A DNA stretch of 64,000 nt. It comes from Pelagomonas calceolata. Lineage: Eukaryota. Made by a program: the position numbers and the translations under genes. The notes beneath the pieces are model-generated. The model made no database searches. It was not told the DNA's origin and saw only the letters and a program-made list of their open reading frames with translations. Positions 21,288-34,989 of this stretch are shown here, in pieces (the first letter of the stretch is position 1; every line of letters begins with the position of its first letter). The stretch spans positions 3,162,001 to 3,226,000 of the forward strand of contig CAKKNE010000003.1 of the NCBI GenBank assembly GCA_918797485.1. Direction: 5' to 3'.

Positions 21288-23126
21288 TTACTTAATACTT
21301 CTTCTTGAGGATTTCTTCTTCTTCTCTGACGAGCGCGGCGCCGCTTCGAGGCTCGCGCCCATTGCCGCGGCGATCGCCGCAATTGCGGCTTCGCTCGTCG
21401 CCGGCCGAGCCTCGGCCTTGGCAGGGGCGACGACGCGGAGCTTCGCGCGGCGCCGGCGCCGCCCCGCTGGCGCCTCGGCGGCCGCCGCCGCAACGTCGTC
21501 GTCGTCGTCGTCAAAGAAGCGGCGCGGCGCCGGGGCGTCTGCCGACGAGTCGTCGTCGTCGAAGAAGGCGGACGGGGCCGCCGGCGGCGGCTCGTCGTCG
21601 GCGGACGGGGCGCGGCGCGGCGCCGGCGCGGTCTCCTCCGACGAGTCGTCGTCGTCGTCGTCGAAGAAGCCGTCCGCCGCAGCCGAGGCGGGGACGAACG
21701 CCGCCGCCTCCGCCTCGAGCATCTCGGCCGGCGCGGGCGCGGCCTCCGCGGCGGGCGCCGTCGGCGCGGCATCGGCTATGGGCGCGGGCGCGTCCGCCTC
21801 TGCTGCGGGGGTCGGCGCCCGTGCATCTGCCGCGGGCGCAGGTGGCTCCGCGGCGACCGCCGGCTCTGGGGGTGCAGGCGCGGGGGGCTCCGGGGGCTCC
21901 GCGGCGACCGCCGGAGGCTCCGCGGCTTCTTCCGAGGCGGACGCGGGTGCGGCTTCCGCGGCCGGCGCAGGCGGTTCCGCGTCCGCTGGCGCTGCTGGCG
22001 CTTCGTCGGCCGGTGGCTCGGCGTCGGCCTCGGGTCGCTCGACAGCGGGCGGTGCCGCCTCGGCGCCGCGCGCCGGTTGTTCTACCGCCGCGGGCGCGGG
22101 CGCTTTCGGCGCCACGGCCGCCGCGGCCGCCGCGGCCCGAGCGCCGGGGAGTGGCCCGTAAAAGTCGTCCGAGGAATCCGAGTCGGCCGCTGCCGCGGGC
22201 GTCGGGCGCGCGCCGCCGCCGTCGTCGTCCGAGTCGTCGTCGAGCCACGCGTCGAGCGCCGACTTTCGCGCCGCGGGCGGCGTCGGCGGCGCGGGCAGCT
22301 CCGCGTCGCGGTCCTCGGGCGCCGCCGGGGGCGCGGGGCGCGCGGCGGGCGCCGGGGAGGCCGCCGGGGGCGGCGCCGGCGCCGGCGCCGGCGCCGCGAC
22401 GGCGGCGGCCAGCCGCGCGTCCAGCGCCTCCTCGGCGGCGGCGAGCCGCTCCTCCGCGCGCGCGAGCGCCCGGCGGTGCTCGCCGGCGACGAGCCGCAGG
22501 AACGGCAGCGCGAGCCACGCGTGGAGGGTGTCGAGGCCCGCGCACGTCTTCGCCGAGGCGCTCAGCACGCGGATCCGCCTCCCGAGCGGCTCCAGCGCGG
22601 CGGCCACGTCGCTCTCAGTCAGCCCGCTCCCGTCGGCGGCGTCGGCGAAGCTCCGGAGGACGACCGCGTCGACGCCGCCGGGCAGCCCGCGCAGCTTGTC
22701 CACGACGTAGTCGAGCGTCGTCGCGTCGCGCGGGTCCACGAGGAACACCGCGGCGGCGGCGCCGTCGTAGACGTCGATCGACGCCGCGTCGACGGCCCCC
22801 TCGGCCTCCGCCTCGTCGCAGACGTCCCAGACGTCGACCTTGCACCGCTCCCGACCGTCGCGCGGCGCCCACGCGATGGTGGCGGCCCGGAGTTCCCGCG
22901 TCGCCTCGTACGCGTCGCTGAAGCCGCGGCCGGCCAGGCGCTCGAACAGCGCCGTCTTCCCCGCGCGCCGGCCGCCGCGCAGGACGACGCGCAGGTTGTA
23001 GCGGACGCCCTGCGTGCCGAGCCGCTCGCGCAGCCGCGCGTCGACGCGCGCGATGCCCCGCGCGCGCCGCGCGGCGGCCGCCTCGTCCGCGTCTGCCGCC
23101 CCCGGCGCGGACTCCGCCGCGCCCAT
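21288..23126 (-). CDS. RABL6: Rab-like protein 6 (RABL6/PARF)-like GTPase with acidic, Pro/Ala-rich tail
   Basis: GVRYNLRVVLRG..AGKTALFERLAG, KVDVWDV, DAASIDVY, LHAWLALPFLRL; MGAAES myristoylation-like start. Confidence 0.8.
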   Translation of the reverse strand: MGAAESAPGAADADEAAAARRARGIARVDARLRERLGTQGVRYNLRVVLRGGRRAGKTALFERLAGRGFSDAYEATRELRAATIAWAPRDGRERCKVDVWDVCDEAEAEGAVDAASIDVYDGAAAAVFLVDPRDATTLDYVVDKLRGLPGGVDAVVLRSFADAADGSGLTESDVAAALEPLGRRIRVLSASAKTCAGLDTLHAWLALPFLRLVAGEHRRALARAEERLAAAEEALDARLAAAVAAPAPAPAPPPAASPAPAARPAPPAAPEDRDAELPAPPTPPAARKSALDAWLDDDSDDDGGGARPTPAAAADSDSSDDFYGPLPGARAAAAAAAVAPKAPAPAAVEQPARGAEAAPPAVERPEADAEPPADEAPAAPADAEPPAPAAEAAPASASEEAAEPPAVAAEPPEPPAPAPPEPAVAAEPPAPAADARAPTPAAEADAPAPIADAAPTAPAAEAAPAPAEMLEAEAAAFVPASAAADGFFDDDDDDSSEETAPAPRRAPSADDEPPPAAPSAFFDDDDSSADAPAPRRFFDDDDDDVAAAAAEAPAGRRRRRAKLRVVAPAKAEARPATSEAAIAAIAAAMGASLEAAPRSSEKKKKSSRRSIK

Positions 23127-23564
23127 TGATGAACTGGTCTGAATCTGCGCGAGTTGAGAGCTGGCCTTACTGCCGCGAGCGCGTACGTCGTTACTCGGTT
23201 TTTGGGGGCGCTGCCAATTAATGCGAAAAATGCGGCTACGATGTGCTTTCGGGCCCCTTTTTTTTTTCTCAATGCGCGACACGCGGGGGTTTAATTCCTA
23301 GTCCTTAGCAACCCCACCAAGGTACCCTATACGTGTAGTACCTCTGGCGGCCCGGCCCCTGGACTTACGGCGAAGTTACGCAACCCGCACGCGACCAAAA
23401 TAGATGGTGCAAAACTCGTTTTTCGTGCATCACGCGTGTGCACACAAGAGGCAGACTCTTCGGCACATAGAGAAGGAAGCACCTTGATTATAAATCAAAA
23501 ATTTATCACAGCTTGCGCAGCAGCTCACTAGAGCGAGCGCGTTCGCGGACGCCGCCGCCGCGCT

Positions 23565-24190
<626 letters not shown>

Positions 24191-24289
24191 CTTGCCTGTT
24201 GAGACAGGCAGCTATGGCGCTAGTTTTGTATAATGACAGCTTGCAAAACCCGGGAGAAAAAAAAAAAAAAAACAGTGAACGTTTATTTA

Positions 24290-26886
<2,597 letters not shown>

Positions 26887-27076
26887 GGGGGGTATTGTGT
26901 CTTGCCCGCGCGGGGCGTCACTCGAACGTACTCCTCGGAGTGGCCCCGAAGCCGACCCTCGGGCTGCTGTGCTCATGCTGAGGACCAGGGACTAGACCCC
27001 AGGCTGCCCAGGGAGGGTGTGTGTGCGCGCTACACTGCAGGAAGAAGGCTCTTTAGGATTTTTTCATTATACTTTT

Positions 27077-27135
27077 GGAGAAGGCTCCTAGGAGCTTGTT
27101 CCTTTTTTAGGTCTTCCTTATTTTATTTATTTATA
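27077..27135 (+). repeat. Retroposon-like 3' tail with (TTTA)n; copy at 29096-29195, diverged copy at 28866-28915
   Basis: GGAGAAGGCTCCTAGGAGCTTGTTCCTTTTTTAGGTCTTCCTTA followed by a TTTA microsatellite, seen twice. Confidence 0.75.
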
Positions 27136-27597
27136 TATATCTGCCCTTTCCTTCTGTAGCCACGGTCATGTGCCTCATGAGCCTTTTGGGCGCGCGTCGC
27201 AGCGGAGCCGCCACCCGTCTATAGAGATAGCTTGTGCAGCACACGGCCACTTGTGCAGCCGCGCAAGCGACCCAAAGTCGATTCGGTCGAGTGTCGAGTG
27301 TAACCAGCGGCGAGTCTGATCCTTCCGGAATGCCCAATCCGCTGCGGCGGTGGCGCGACTGGCGCGCAAGAAGAATATTCCTTATGGCCCGGGCTGGGAC
27401 GCTGACGCTCCAGCCGCCCCCGCCCCACCCCGCCCCCGACGGGGCAAACACCACGTTCGACGCGCTCGTCGGATGCGCCGTCGCGATTGCCCGCTGGTAC
27501 CGGATCTGGGACTGGCGCGCAAACCTACCCGTGGAACCCTTGGCGCCGGCACTGGTGGCCATCAGGCGCGCCCCGCAGAACAATCCGGCCCTCCACT

Positions 27598-27685
27598 GCG
27601 AGGACGGACCGCCCCTCTTCGATGCGGACGGCGAGGACGGACCGCCCCTCTTCGATGCGGACGGCGAGGACGGACCGCCCCTCTT
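27598..27685 (+). repeat. 33-bp tandem repeat (about 2.7 copies) in an orphan ORF fragment
   Basis: GCGAGGACGGACCGCCCCTCTTCGATGCGGACG repeated (EDGPPLFDADG). Confidence 0.85.
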
Positions 27686-28124
27686 AACGCCTTCTCACGT
27701 AACGGAGGCGAATCTGGAGGCGACAACGGAACGTCTGGCTTCCGCGCTGGCTGAGGTCGATCAGTTGACGACGTCGCCGCCGGCGTGCTCGATCTCGTAG
27801 GGAGTGGTGAAGTTGTGCATATGACATCCTAGTAGAACCTATCCCGGCGTTAGTATCGTTACGGAACTCCCGCGCACCGACCGCGGATCATCTTGAGCCT
27901 TTCTCACCCTCGCCGACCTAACTTGTTATCACCTCCGCCTATTTATATGTTCCTTCCTATTGACCTACGCAACCGCAGGAACCTAGCCCGGGGCGGGTCC
28001 TCGTCGTGCCCGTGGTCTCTGTCGCAGCGCGGCTGTGCGCGCCTTCTTGCCGCTCGACAACTATTGCACTTGCGGGGTCGATGCGAAAGGACCGTGCTGC
28101 GCAGTTTTCCCCCAGCACCAGGGC

Positions 28125-28841
28125 ATGCGCCGCGCCGCGCTCGGCTGCTTCGCGGCGGCCGCGGCGCTCGCGCCGGCGAAGCGCGACTGGCGGTGCGCCT
28201 TCGATGCGGCGTTTGCCGGCGACTTCGACAACTACGCGCAGGTCGCGGCCGAGCGCGCCCGCGGCGTCGCGGCGGCGGACCGCGCCGGCCACGAGCACGT
28301 GCACTGCTGCCTCCGACCGCTGCGGGCCGCCGAGGCGGCGCCGCTCGCCGGCGCCGCGGCGCGGGTCGTCCTCGCGTGCTACTACCTCGACGGCGCCCCG
28401 GAGAACGTCTTCCGGCTGCGGTGCTACGCGTTCGACGACGAGCGGCGCATGGCGCTGCTGCGGCCGCCGCGGGCCGCGCTCGCCGCCGCGCACGCCGCCT
28501 GCGCGGACCTGCCGGCGCGCGGCGCCGCCGCGTGCGCCGCCGCGCTCGCGGCGACCGGCCGCTGGGAGCCGCTGGGCGGCTGCGACGTCGCGTGGCGGCC
28601 CGTGGACGGCGGCTTCGACGGCGCCATGGCCGACCCCGGTGGCTGCGTCGTGCTGAGCCAACGCGATGGTACGACCCGGGTCCGCGTCAAGGACGCGCTC
28701 GCGCTCCGCGACGACGTCCTCGAGGTCGACGACCGCGGCTACGCCCTCGACGGCACGCTCCTCTACGGCAGCCCCGACGGCGGGCCCTACCGCCTCGCCC
28801 GCGTCCAGGGGACCCGCGACCAGGGCGGCGGCGACCCGTAA
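28125..28841 (+). CDS. CpcT/CpeT (CRUMPLED LEAF-like) family protein
   Basis: FAGDFDNYAQV, GHEHVHC, YYLDG.PENVFRLRCY, GCDVAW, DDRGYALDGTLLYGS..GPYRLARV; signal-like N-terminus. Confidence 0.7.
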   Translation: MRRAALGCFAAAAALAPAKRDWRCAFDAAFAGDFDNYAQVAAERARGVAAADRAGHEHVHCCLRPLRAAEAAPLAGAAARVVLACYYLDGAPENVFRLRCYAFDDERRMALLRPPRAALAAAHAACADLPARGAAACAAALAATGRWEPLGGCDVAWRPVDGGFDGAMADPGGCVVLSQRDGTTRVRVKDALALRDDVLEVDDRGYALDGTLLYGSPDGGPYRLARVQGTRDQGGGDP

Positions 28842-29234
28842 CTGTCAAGTTCGAAAGTTGCACACCCTGACCGAGCGGCGAGAAGGCCCTGAGGAGAGCT
28901 CGTTCCTTCTTTCTAGTTCTTCGGGAGGCATTTCTTGCGAGATTATACTCAGTTTGCCCCCCCGCACGGCAATTGACCGATGAGGGCCGATGTCGCTTGG
29001 TCATGGGGGACGCGTTACCCCGGGAGATCGAAAATCCGTTGTATAGATACCTTACTGCTATTTCGAAGCTCCGGTTGGGCATCCTGACCGAGCAGGGAGA
29101 AGGCTCCTAGGAGCTTGTTCCTTTTTTAGGTCTTCCTTAATTTATTTATTTATTTATTTATTTATTTCCTGCTCCCTTATTTATTTATTTATTTAACTTG
29201 AGGTTTCCGAGTCAAGTGAGTTCTATCCCGCGAG

Positions 29235-29321
29235 GTCGCGTTTTTAGACCACGCCTCCCGGGCCGCTGACGCGCCTTAATTTCCCGGAGCGGACTCGGAG
29301 GAGTCGTGGTCTATACCCGAC
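29235..29321. mobile_element. Small hairpin MITE-like remnant; one arm also at about 17960-17999
   Basis: GTCGCGTTTTTAGACCACG...CGTGGTCTATACCCGAC imperfect inverted repeat; homologous arm GGGAGGCGTGGTCTAAACGCGAC. Confidence 0.55.
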
Positions 29322-29410
29322 GGGGCGCGAGGGCAGGCACACGTCTCCACCACCACCACACCCCACCCGGCCGCCACCTACTACGATAAGTTACGCCTCC
29401 GCGCCGCCTA

Positions 29411-30796
29411 CTACTGCGCGGCCGCGGCGACCTCGACGCGCGCGCCGCGGCGGATCTGGCCCCAGCCGATGAGGCGCCAGTGCTTGTCGACGCGGCGGCT
29501 GAGCGCGATCTTCTCGCCCTCGGTCGTGCAGACGGGCTGCGTCAGCAGGATCTTGGCCAGGTCGGCCTTGACCGCGAGCACCTTGCCGCCCGTCGCCGTG
29601 CTGCCGATGTTCACCATGAGGATCTCCTGCTTCTGCAGCTTCTGGACCTTGGCCTGCTTCGCGCCCTCGCTCGTCTTCACGCCCAGCAGGCGCCGCAGCA
29701 GGTAGAAGCTGATCTCGACCTCGATGAACACGTCCGGCAGCCGGCCCTTGAGGCCGAGCACCTGGCCGACGAGCCGGTCCGCGCGCGTCAGCGTCGGGTC
29801 GATGTGCGTCCCCACGCCGATCAGCCCGCCGGGCACGGCGTACTCGAGCCGGTTCCGCTCCGCGAGCAGCGACGCGACGCGGCTGTAGATCGGCGTCGCC
29901 GTGACCGCGCCCGCCGCGTCCTTCGTGACGATGCCGGGGCGCACCTCGACCTCGTCCTCGAGGCGCAGCACGCCCTGGAGGATGGACCCGCCCGCGACGC
30001 CGCCCTTGAGGTTCGCGACGTCCTCGCCGGGCTTGTTCACGTCGAAGCTCCGGATGACGATGAGGCGCGGCGTGCTCGTGAAGTCGCGCACGGGCGTGGG
30101 GATGGCGTGGGCCACGTACTCGCAGACGGCGTCGATGTTGTACTTGAGCACGGCCGAGATGGGGATGACGGGCGCGTCGCCGGCGACGGTGCCCGCGACG
30201 AACTTGCGGATCTGCTCGTGCTGCGCGCGCGCCTGGTCCGGCTTCACGAGGTCCACCTTGTTCTGGAGGATCAGGATGTTCTCGAGGCGCATGATCTCGA
30301 CCGCCGCGAGGTGCTCCGACGTCTGCGGCTGCGGGCACGGCTCGTTGCCCGCGACGAGGAGCAGCGCCGCGTCCATGACGGCCGCGCCGTTGAGCATCGT
30401 CGCCATCAGGATGTCGTGGCCCGGGCAGTCCACGAAGCTCACGTGCCGCGCGAGCGCCCAGCGCGCGCCGTCGCCGTCCTCGAACGCGTCGGGCGTCGCC
30501 GAGCCGCGGCTGCAGAAGTTGCCGGGCCCGGGCCGCTCCGCGACGCGCTTGTAGATCTTCGCGTTCGCGTAGCCCAGCTTGATCGTGATGTTGCGCTCCA
30601 GCTCGTTCTTGAAGCGCACCGTCTGCACGCCGCTGATCGCCTTGACGACGGTGCTCTTGCCGTGCGCGACGTGGCCGATCGTCCCGATGTTCACGGTGGC
30701 CTGGCGCGAGATCACCTCGGGCGTGTCCGGCGTGAGCGCCGCGGGGTCCAGCGCGCGCCGGTCCTGCACCGCGAGGCCGTCGTCCGCCGTCGCCAT
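29411..30796 (-). CDS. EIF2S3: Translation initiation factor eIF2 gamma subunit
   Basis: [49 protein letters not shown]. Confidence 0.98.
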   Translation of the reverse strand: MATADDGLAVQDRRALDPAALTPDTPEVISRQATVNIGTIGHVAHGKSTVVKAISGVQTVRFKNELERNITIKLGYANAKIYKRVAERPGPGNFCSRGSATPDAFEDGDGARWALARHVSFVDCPGHDILMATMLNGAAVMDAALLLVAGNEPCPQPQTSEHLAAVEIMRLENILILQNKVDLVKPDQARAQHEQIRKFVAGTVAGDAPVIPISAVLKYNIDAVCEYVAHAIPTPVRDFTSTPRLIVIRSFDVNKPGEDVANLKGGVAGGSILQGVLRLEDEVEVRPGIVTKDAAGAVTATPIYSRVASLLAERNRLEYAVPGGLIGVGTHIDPTLTRADRLVGQVLGLKGRLPDVFIEVEISFYLLRRLLGVKTSEGAKQAKVQKLQKQEILMVNIGSTATGGKVLAVKADLAKILLTQPVCTTEGEKIALSRRVDKHWRLIGWGQIRRGARVEVAAAAQ

Positions 30797-31387
30797 CGTG
30801 GGCGGCAGCACGCTTATTGCGTCTTGCTCGCCACCGCTGGCGACGGAGCGCGCGGATGCGTGCTGCCGCGTCCGGAGGGCCTCGCTCCGTGCTACGTCTT
30901 AGACGCGGCTGTTAGAGGCCTATATGACGCGGTCGCTCAGCGAGAGACTTGGACTTGCTTGCTAGTGTCTACAGGCCGCTAGCCGCGACCGGGGACGGAT
31001 CTCCTCAAACTGGCTCATTGCCGAACTGACTCATCGCCAGGCACGCGGAAAAAAAAAAACTTCAATATAGAAGTTGACCGCGGGCCGGAACCCACGTCCC
31101 ATTGGGGCTTGGCGCTTTGGCGCCGTGGGGTGGCGGAACGACGCATGAGGTCTTGGCCCCACCGCCGAAAGACCAATCTTGGGGCCCCGACAGCATCGTC
31201 CTCAGACTTGGTCTTGGGGTTTCGCTCCCCATTGGAGGACGGGCAGAACGGACGATATGAGATCTTGGTCTCACCGCCCAAGGCTTTGCCCACCAGAAGC
31301 GACTCGAGGGGCAGACGGCTCGAGGCCGCCGACTTCAGCCACAATCGGAGGCCGTGATCTCAGGCCACGGGCGGCAACCCGCGGGAC

Positions 31388-31663
31388 CAGGGCCCTTGCA
31401 TACGCACGTATGTCCAAACTCGTACCCCTACATGCGTACTTCTGAGATCGCTCCCGCATGCGCGTCTGCATACGTGGGCCGTAGTAGGGGGGTAAATGGT
31501 TCAAGTTCAACATCGACCTTCAACTAGGGTATACCCCCCAGCAAAGAAAACGCCCCCAGACCCACAAAAAATACGATGGTAAGGGTCCTAGAAAAACACC
31601 AAATACGCGCCTGCATGCGGCGCATACGGAGGTATGCGAGCGTCTGTGTATGCAAGGGCCCTG
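31388..31663. mobile_element. hAT-type MITE
   Basis: Perfect 16-bp TIR CAGGGCCCTTGCATAC; perfect 8-bp TSD CGCGGGAC at 31380-31387 and 31664-31671. Confidence 0.92.
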
Positions 31664-31840
31664 CGCGGGACTACCTGTAACACACTAGAGAACAAGATTC
31701 CACACTCTGGTAATTTGATTGCCTACTATATAGTAGACCCGCCCCGCGCCGACGTGTGAGCCGTTCGAAGACACTCTCTAGAGACGCCTACTCTAGAGTA
31801 CAAGCTCGTATACTCTACGAGGTATAAGTGAGCCGTCGAG

Positions 31841-31985
31841 CTGGCGGGTAAAGACCCCGCACCCTTTTCGATAAAACCCGTTTTCTCTCAAGGGAGGAAA
31901 AAGGGGTAGCACCCCGAACGACGTAGGAGAGAGGGGTGGTACCCCTTTGACGACGTAAAAGAGGGGTGGGGTCTTTACGCACCAG
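31841..31985. mobile_element. MITE with CTG...CAG termini and 9-bp TSD
   Basis: CTGGCGGGTAAAGACCCC...GGGGTCTTTACGCACCAG; GCCGTCGAG at 31832-31840 and 31986-31994. Confidence 0.88.
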
Positions 31986-32094
31986 GCCGTCGAGGTATGC
32001 TGGACCTGCGAGCTTAGCCTGAGTTGAAGGGAGATCAACAAGATTTCAAGAAGATAAGTGCCGTCAACAAAATCGCAGCGCGCGAGCTGCATAG

Positions 32095-33189
32095 ATGCGC
32101 CGCGTCGGCGCCGTGTTGCTCCTCAAACCCATCCTGTCCTTAGCTCTGACCATGCACCACATAGCGTCGCGCCGCGTGGTGCGCGCGGCGGCGCGGGCGG
32201 CCGGGCCTAGGAAGGCCGCGCGCGAGCCGTGCGTCGTCGAGGACGTCGAGGGCCTGTGCGGCGCGTACGACACCATCCTCCTGGACCAGTTCGGCGTGGT
32301 CCACGACGGCAAGGTGCCGTACGACGGCGCGCCGGAGCTCGTGCGGCGGCTGCAGCGGGCGGGCAAGCGCGTCGTCGTGCTGTCGAACTCGAGCAAGCGG
32401 CGCCGCGACACGATCGAGCGGCTCGAGGCCATGGGCTGCGGCGCGGGCACGCTGCGCGACCGCGCGGACACGCCCGACGGGCGCCCGGCGATCTCCGCCG
32501 TCACGTCGGGCGACCTCGTGCACGACGCGCTCGCGGCGCGGGCGCGCGGCGCGCCGGCACCGCTGCTGGACGGCGTCGCCGGGCCCGCCGGCCGGGGCCT
32601 GCGGGCCTTCGTCTTCGGCAACGGCGACGACGACGAGGCTTATCTTGTGTCCTGCGGCGTGGCGCCGGCGCGCGTCGAGGAGGCCGACTGCCTCCTCGCG
32701 CGCGGCCTCTTCGCGACGCTGCCCGGCGGGCCGCTGGCGTGGGACGCGGACGACGCGTGCGACGACGTCCTGGCGGCGGCCGCGGCGCGGGGCCTGCCGC
32801 TGGTGGTCGCGAACCCGGACCTCGTGCGGCCCGACGGCCGCGCGTCGCCGATGCCCGGCCGGCTCATGGCGCGCTACGTGACGCGGTTCGGCGGCGCCGC
32901 GCACCCCGTGGGCAAGCCGTACCCCTACATCTACGAGGAGGCGCTGCGGCGCTGCGCGCCCGCCGGCCGCGTGCTGGCCGTCGGCGACTCGATGGCGCAC
33001 GACGTCGCCGGCGCGAACCGCGCGGGCGTCGACTCGGCGCTCGTCTGCTGGGGCATCCACGCGGCGGACGTGGGCGTCGCGCCCGGCTCCGCCGCCGTGC
33101 CGCTCGACGCGGCGAGGCTCGCCGCCTTCCTGGCGGCGTTCGAGCCCCGCGACCGGCCGACGTTCGTCCTCCCGGCCTTTCGCGTGTAA
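32095..33189 (+). CDS. HAD-superfamily subfamily IIA hydrolase
   Basis: LLDQFGVVHDG, LSNSSKR, VANPD, GKPYPYIY, VGDSMAHDVAGA. Confidence 0.9.
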   Translation: MRRVGAVLLLKPILSLALTMHHIASRRVVRAAARAAGPRKAAREPCVVEDVEGLCGAYDTILLDQFGVVHDGKVPYDGAPELVRRLQRAGKRVVVLSNSSKRRRDTIERLEAMGCGAGTLRDRADTPDGRPAISAVTSGDLVHDALAARARGAPAPLLDGVAGPAGRGLRAFVFGNGDDDEAYLVSCGVAPARVEEADCLLARGLFATLPGGPLAWDADDACDDVLAAAAARGLPLVVANPDLVRPDGRASPMPGRLMARYVTRFGGAAHPVGKPYPYIYEEALRRCAPAGRVLAVGDSMAHDVAGANRAGVDSALVCWGIHAADVGVAPGSAAVPLDAARLAAFLAAFEPRDRPTFVLPAFRV

Positions 33190-34029
33190 GTCGTCCGTCG
33201 TAGAACTTCCGCGGCGCGGGGGGCGGGGCTCGACCGGCCGTCGCCAGGCTCTGATGGGAATTTCGGTCCCAGCCCGCGGGTGCCCTTTTCAACTTGAAGT
33301 TACTTCTAGTATGCAGCTGTGCGCTTTTTGGCAGACACCAACTTCTACGCTTTGCTTCGAGTCACGCAGACCCCGCGTCGGCCGGGTTGTCCGGCGCGCG
33401 AGCAAGCCTCGGAACGATCCCCGGGGGACAGGTCGACGCGTAAAATTGACAGAAAGGTACTTAGCCGCCTCATCCTGGCGCGGTCCCAAAAAAAGTAAAC
33501 GGCGCGTCGGGCCCGGGCGCTGATTCTGTTTGCCTGTGTTGCGCCTCGCCTCGGGCGTGTAGAAGGTAAACCACCACTGCAGAAGGGCAAGATGGCAGCC
33601 CAATCGAGTGCCAGCGGCTCCGGCAGCGATTCCGAGGCGCCAACAAAAAAAAAGAAGAAAGCGCAAAAAAACGCAAAAAAAAAATAAAGCGCTAGCGTCT
33701 GTTGAGACACTAGCAAGCAAAAGCCCAGGTTTGGCTGGTGGCCTAGTTGTGCCTTCCGCACAAGTTCGCCGACGAGCGACACGAGCGAGCCACGGACGCC
33801 GAGCACGCTGCGCAAGTGTCTGCTGCCCCAAAAAGCAGCAGGAAGTCCACTGAAGGGCAGCACCAAGCCCAAAAGGGCCACCGCCTCCGCGAGGCACGCG
33901 ACGGCCGACGATGGACCGTGGCGCTTCGCCACGCACGGGAGATGTCGGGAGCGGGCCCGGCGGGACCAAAGATGCGCACAAGAAGGCCTTGGGGCCCCAA
34001 GACGGCGGCGGCGGTCCGTCGACGGTAAT

Positions 34030-34254
34030 TGAGGTGAAAACTCCCCTAGATATATATCCGCAACGCCATAGCCCCCTATCGCCGGATCTATGGCTACATT
34101 ACTCTCGCCTATCAGCACGCTATATCAGCCGGCATGTGCCCGGAGCTGATGTTTCCCTATATCCCGTATCTTCTTACTTATCCAAGCGGATCAAGCCCGG
34201 CGCTAAATAGGCGCCGTAAAAACACCGGGGTGAACCTAAAGTAAGTTCACTTCA
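34030..34254 (+). mobile_element. LTR (5') of a truncated LTR retroelement
   Basis: TGAGGTGAA...TTCACTTCA ends, TGG-starting PBS-like sequence directly after; homologous solo copy at 61272-61524. Confidence 0.75.
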
Positions 34255-34319
34255 CTGGGGGGAACAGCGGGAAACGACCCTACAAAGCCCAAGTGAGGCT
34301 AACCCCATAAGTAACCGAC

Positions 34320-34691
34320 ATGTCTAGCAACCTAGATAACCATAAGTCGAGCGTGAGGGACATAGCGAAGCTATTCGCGGAAGAAAAGCGGCTCGGCACG
34401 AAAGCAGCCGACTTGGTAAACGGAACAGCACTGACGAAATGCCTCGAAATCAACGAAGCGTTCGAAGTGCTCGGCACACCAGCAGAGCAAAGAGTTGCCA
34501 TGCTTGCGTCTACTGTGTTTTGCGCGGACACGCCCCATGGCACGGTGGTTAAGCAAGCGATTAGCACGCAAATTAGAAAGCACAAGGAGAGGGTACCACT
34601 GCCAGAGATCCCGCCGCCAAACATACCACCACGTGAACCGACACCATGGCGGCCTCGTCGACGCGACGGCGCGCGAGATCCAAGCATCTAA
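34320..34691 (+). pseudogene. Low-GC ORF downstream of the LTR/PBS, possible gag N-terminal remnant
   Basis: Position and non-host codon usage only; no Gag motif recognised. Confidence 0.4.
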
Positions 34692-34989
34692 TGGTGTGCA
34701 CACCTCGGCGTGCGCATTGACCGCGGTCTACGCGGAGCCACTCACGACAGTAGTCCTCGGCGGTAACCCTCCCCTCCTTTACCTCCTCCACCTCCACGTC
34801 CTCCTTCCTCTTCCCGATCAACACGTTCACTCCTATCCCCTTCTTCCTTCCTTCCTTCCCTCTCGTGATAAGCACGCTGTAGTATATGCCTGACTTGCGA
34901 ACGGCCATTAAAAGGGGGAGAAACGAGAAAACCCGAACTAGGAGTGACTCGGAAGTGCATAAGTAAGTGGCGAGGTCCCTAGAGAGTGG

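Noticed and set aside
33592..33950. Lys-rich ORF pieces upstream of the LTR
   Set aside because: Interrupted at A-runs, with no codon bias or motif.
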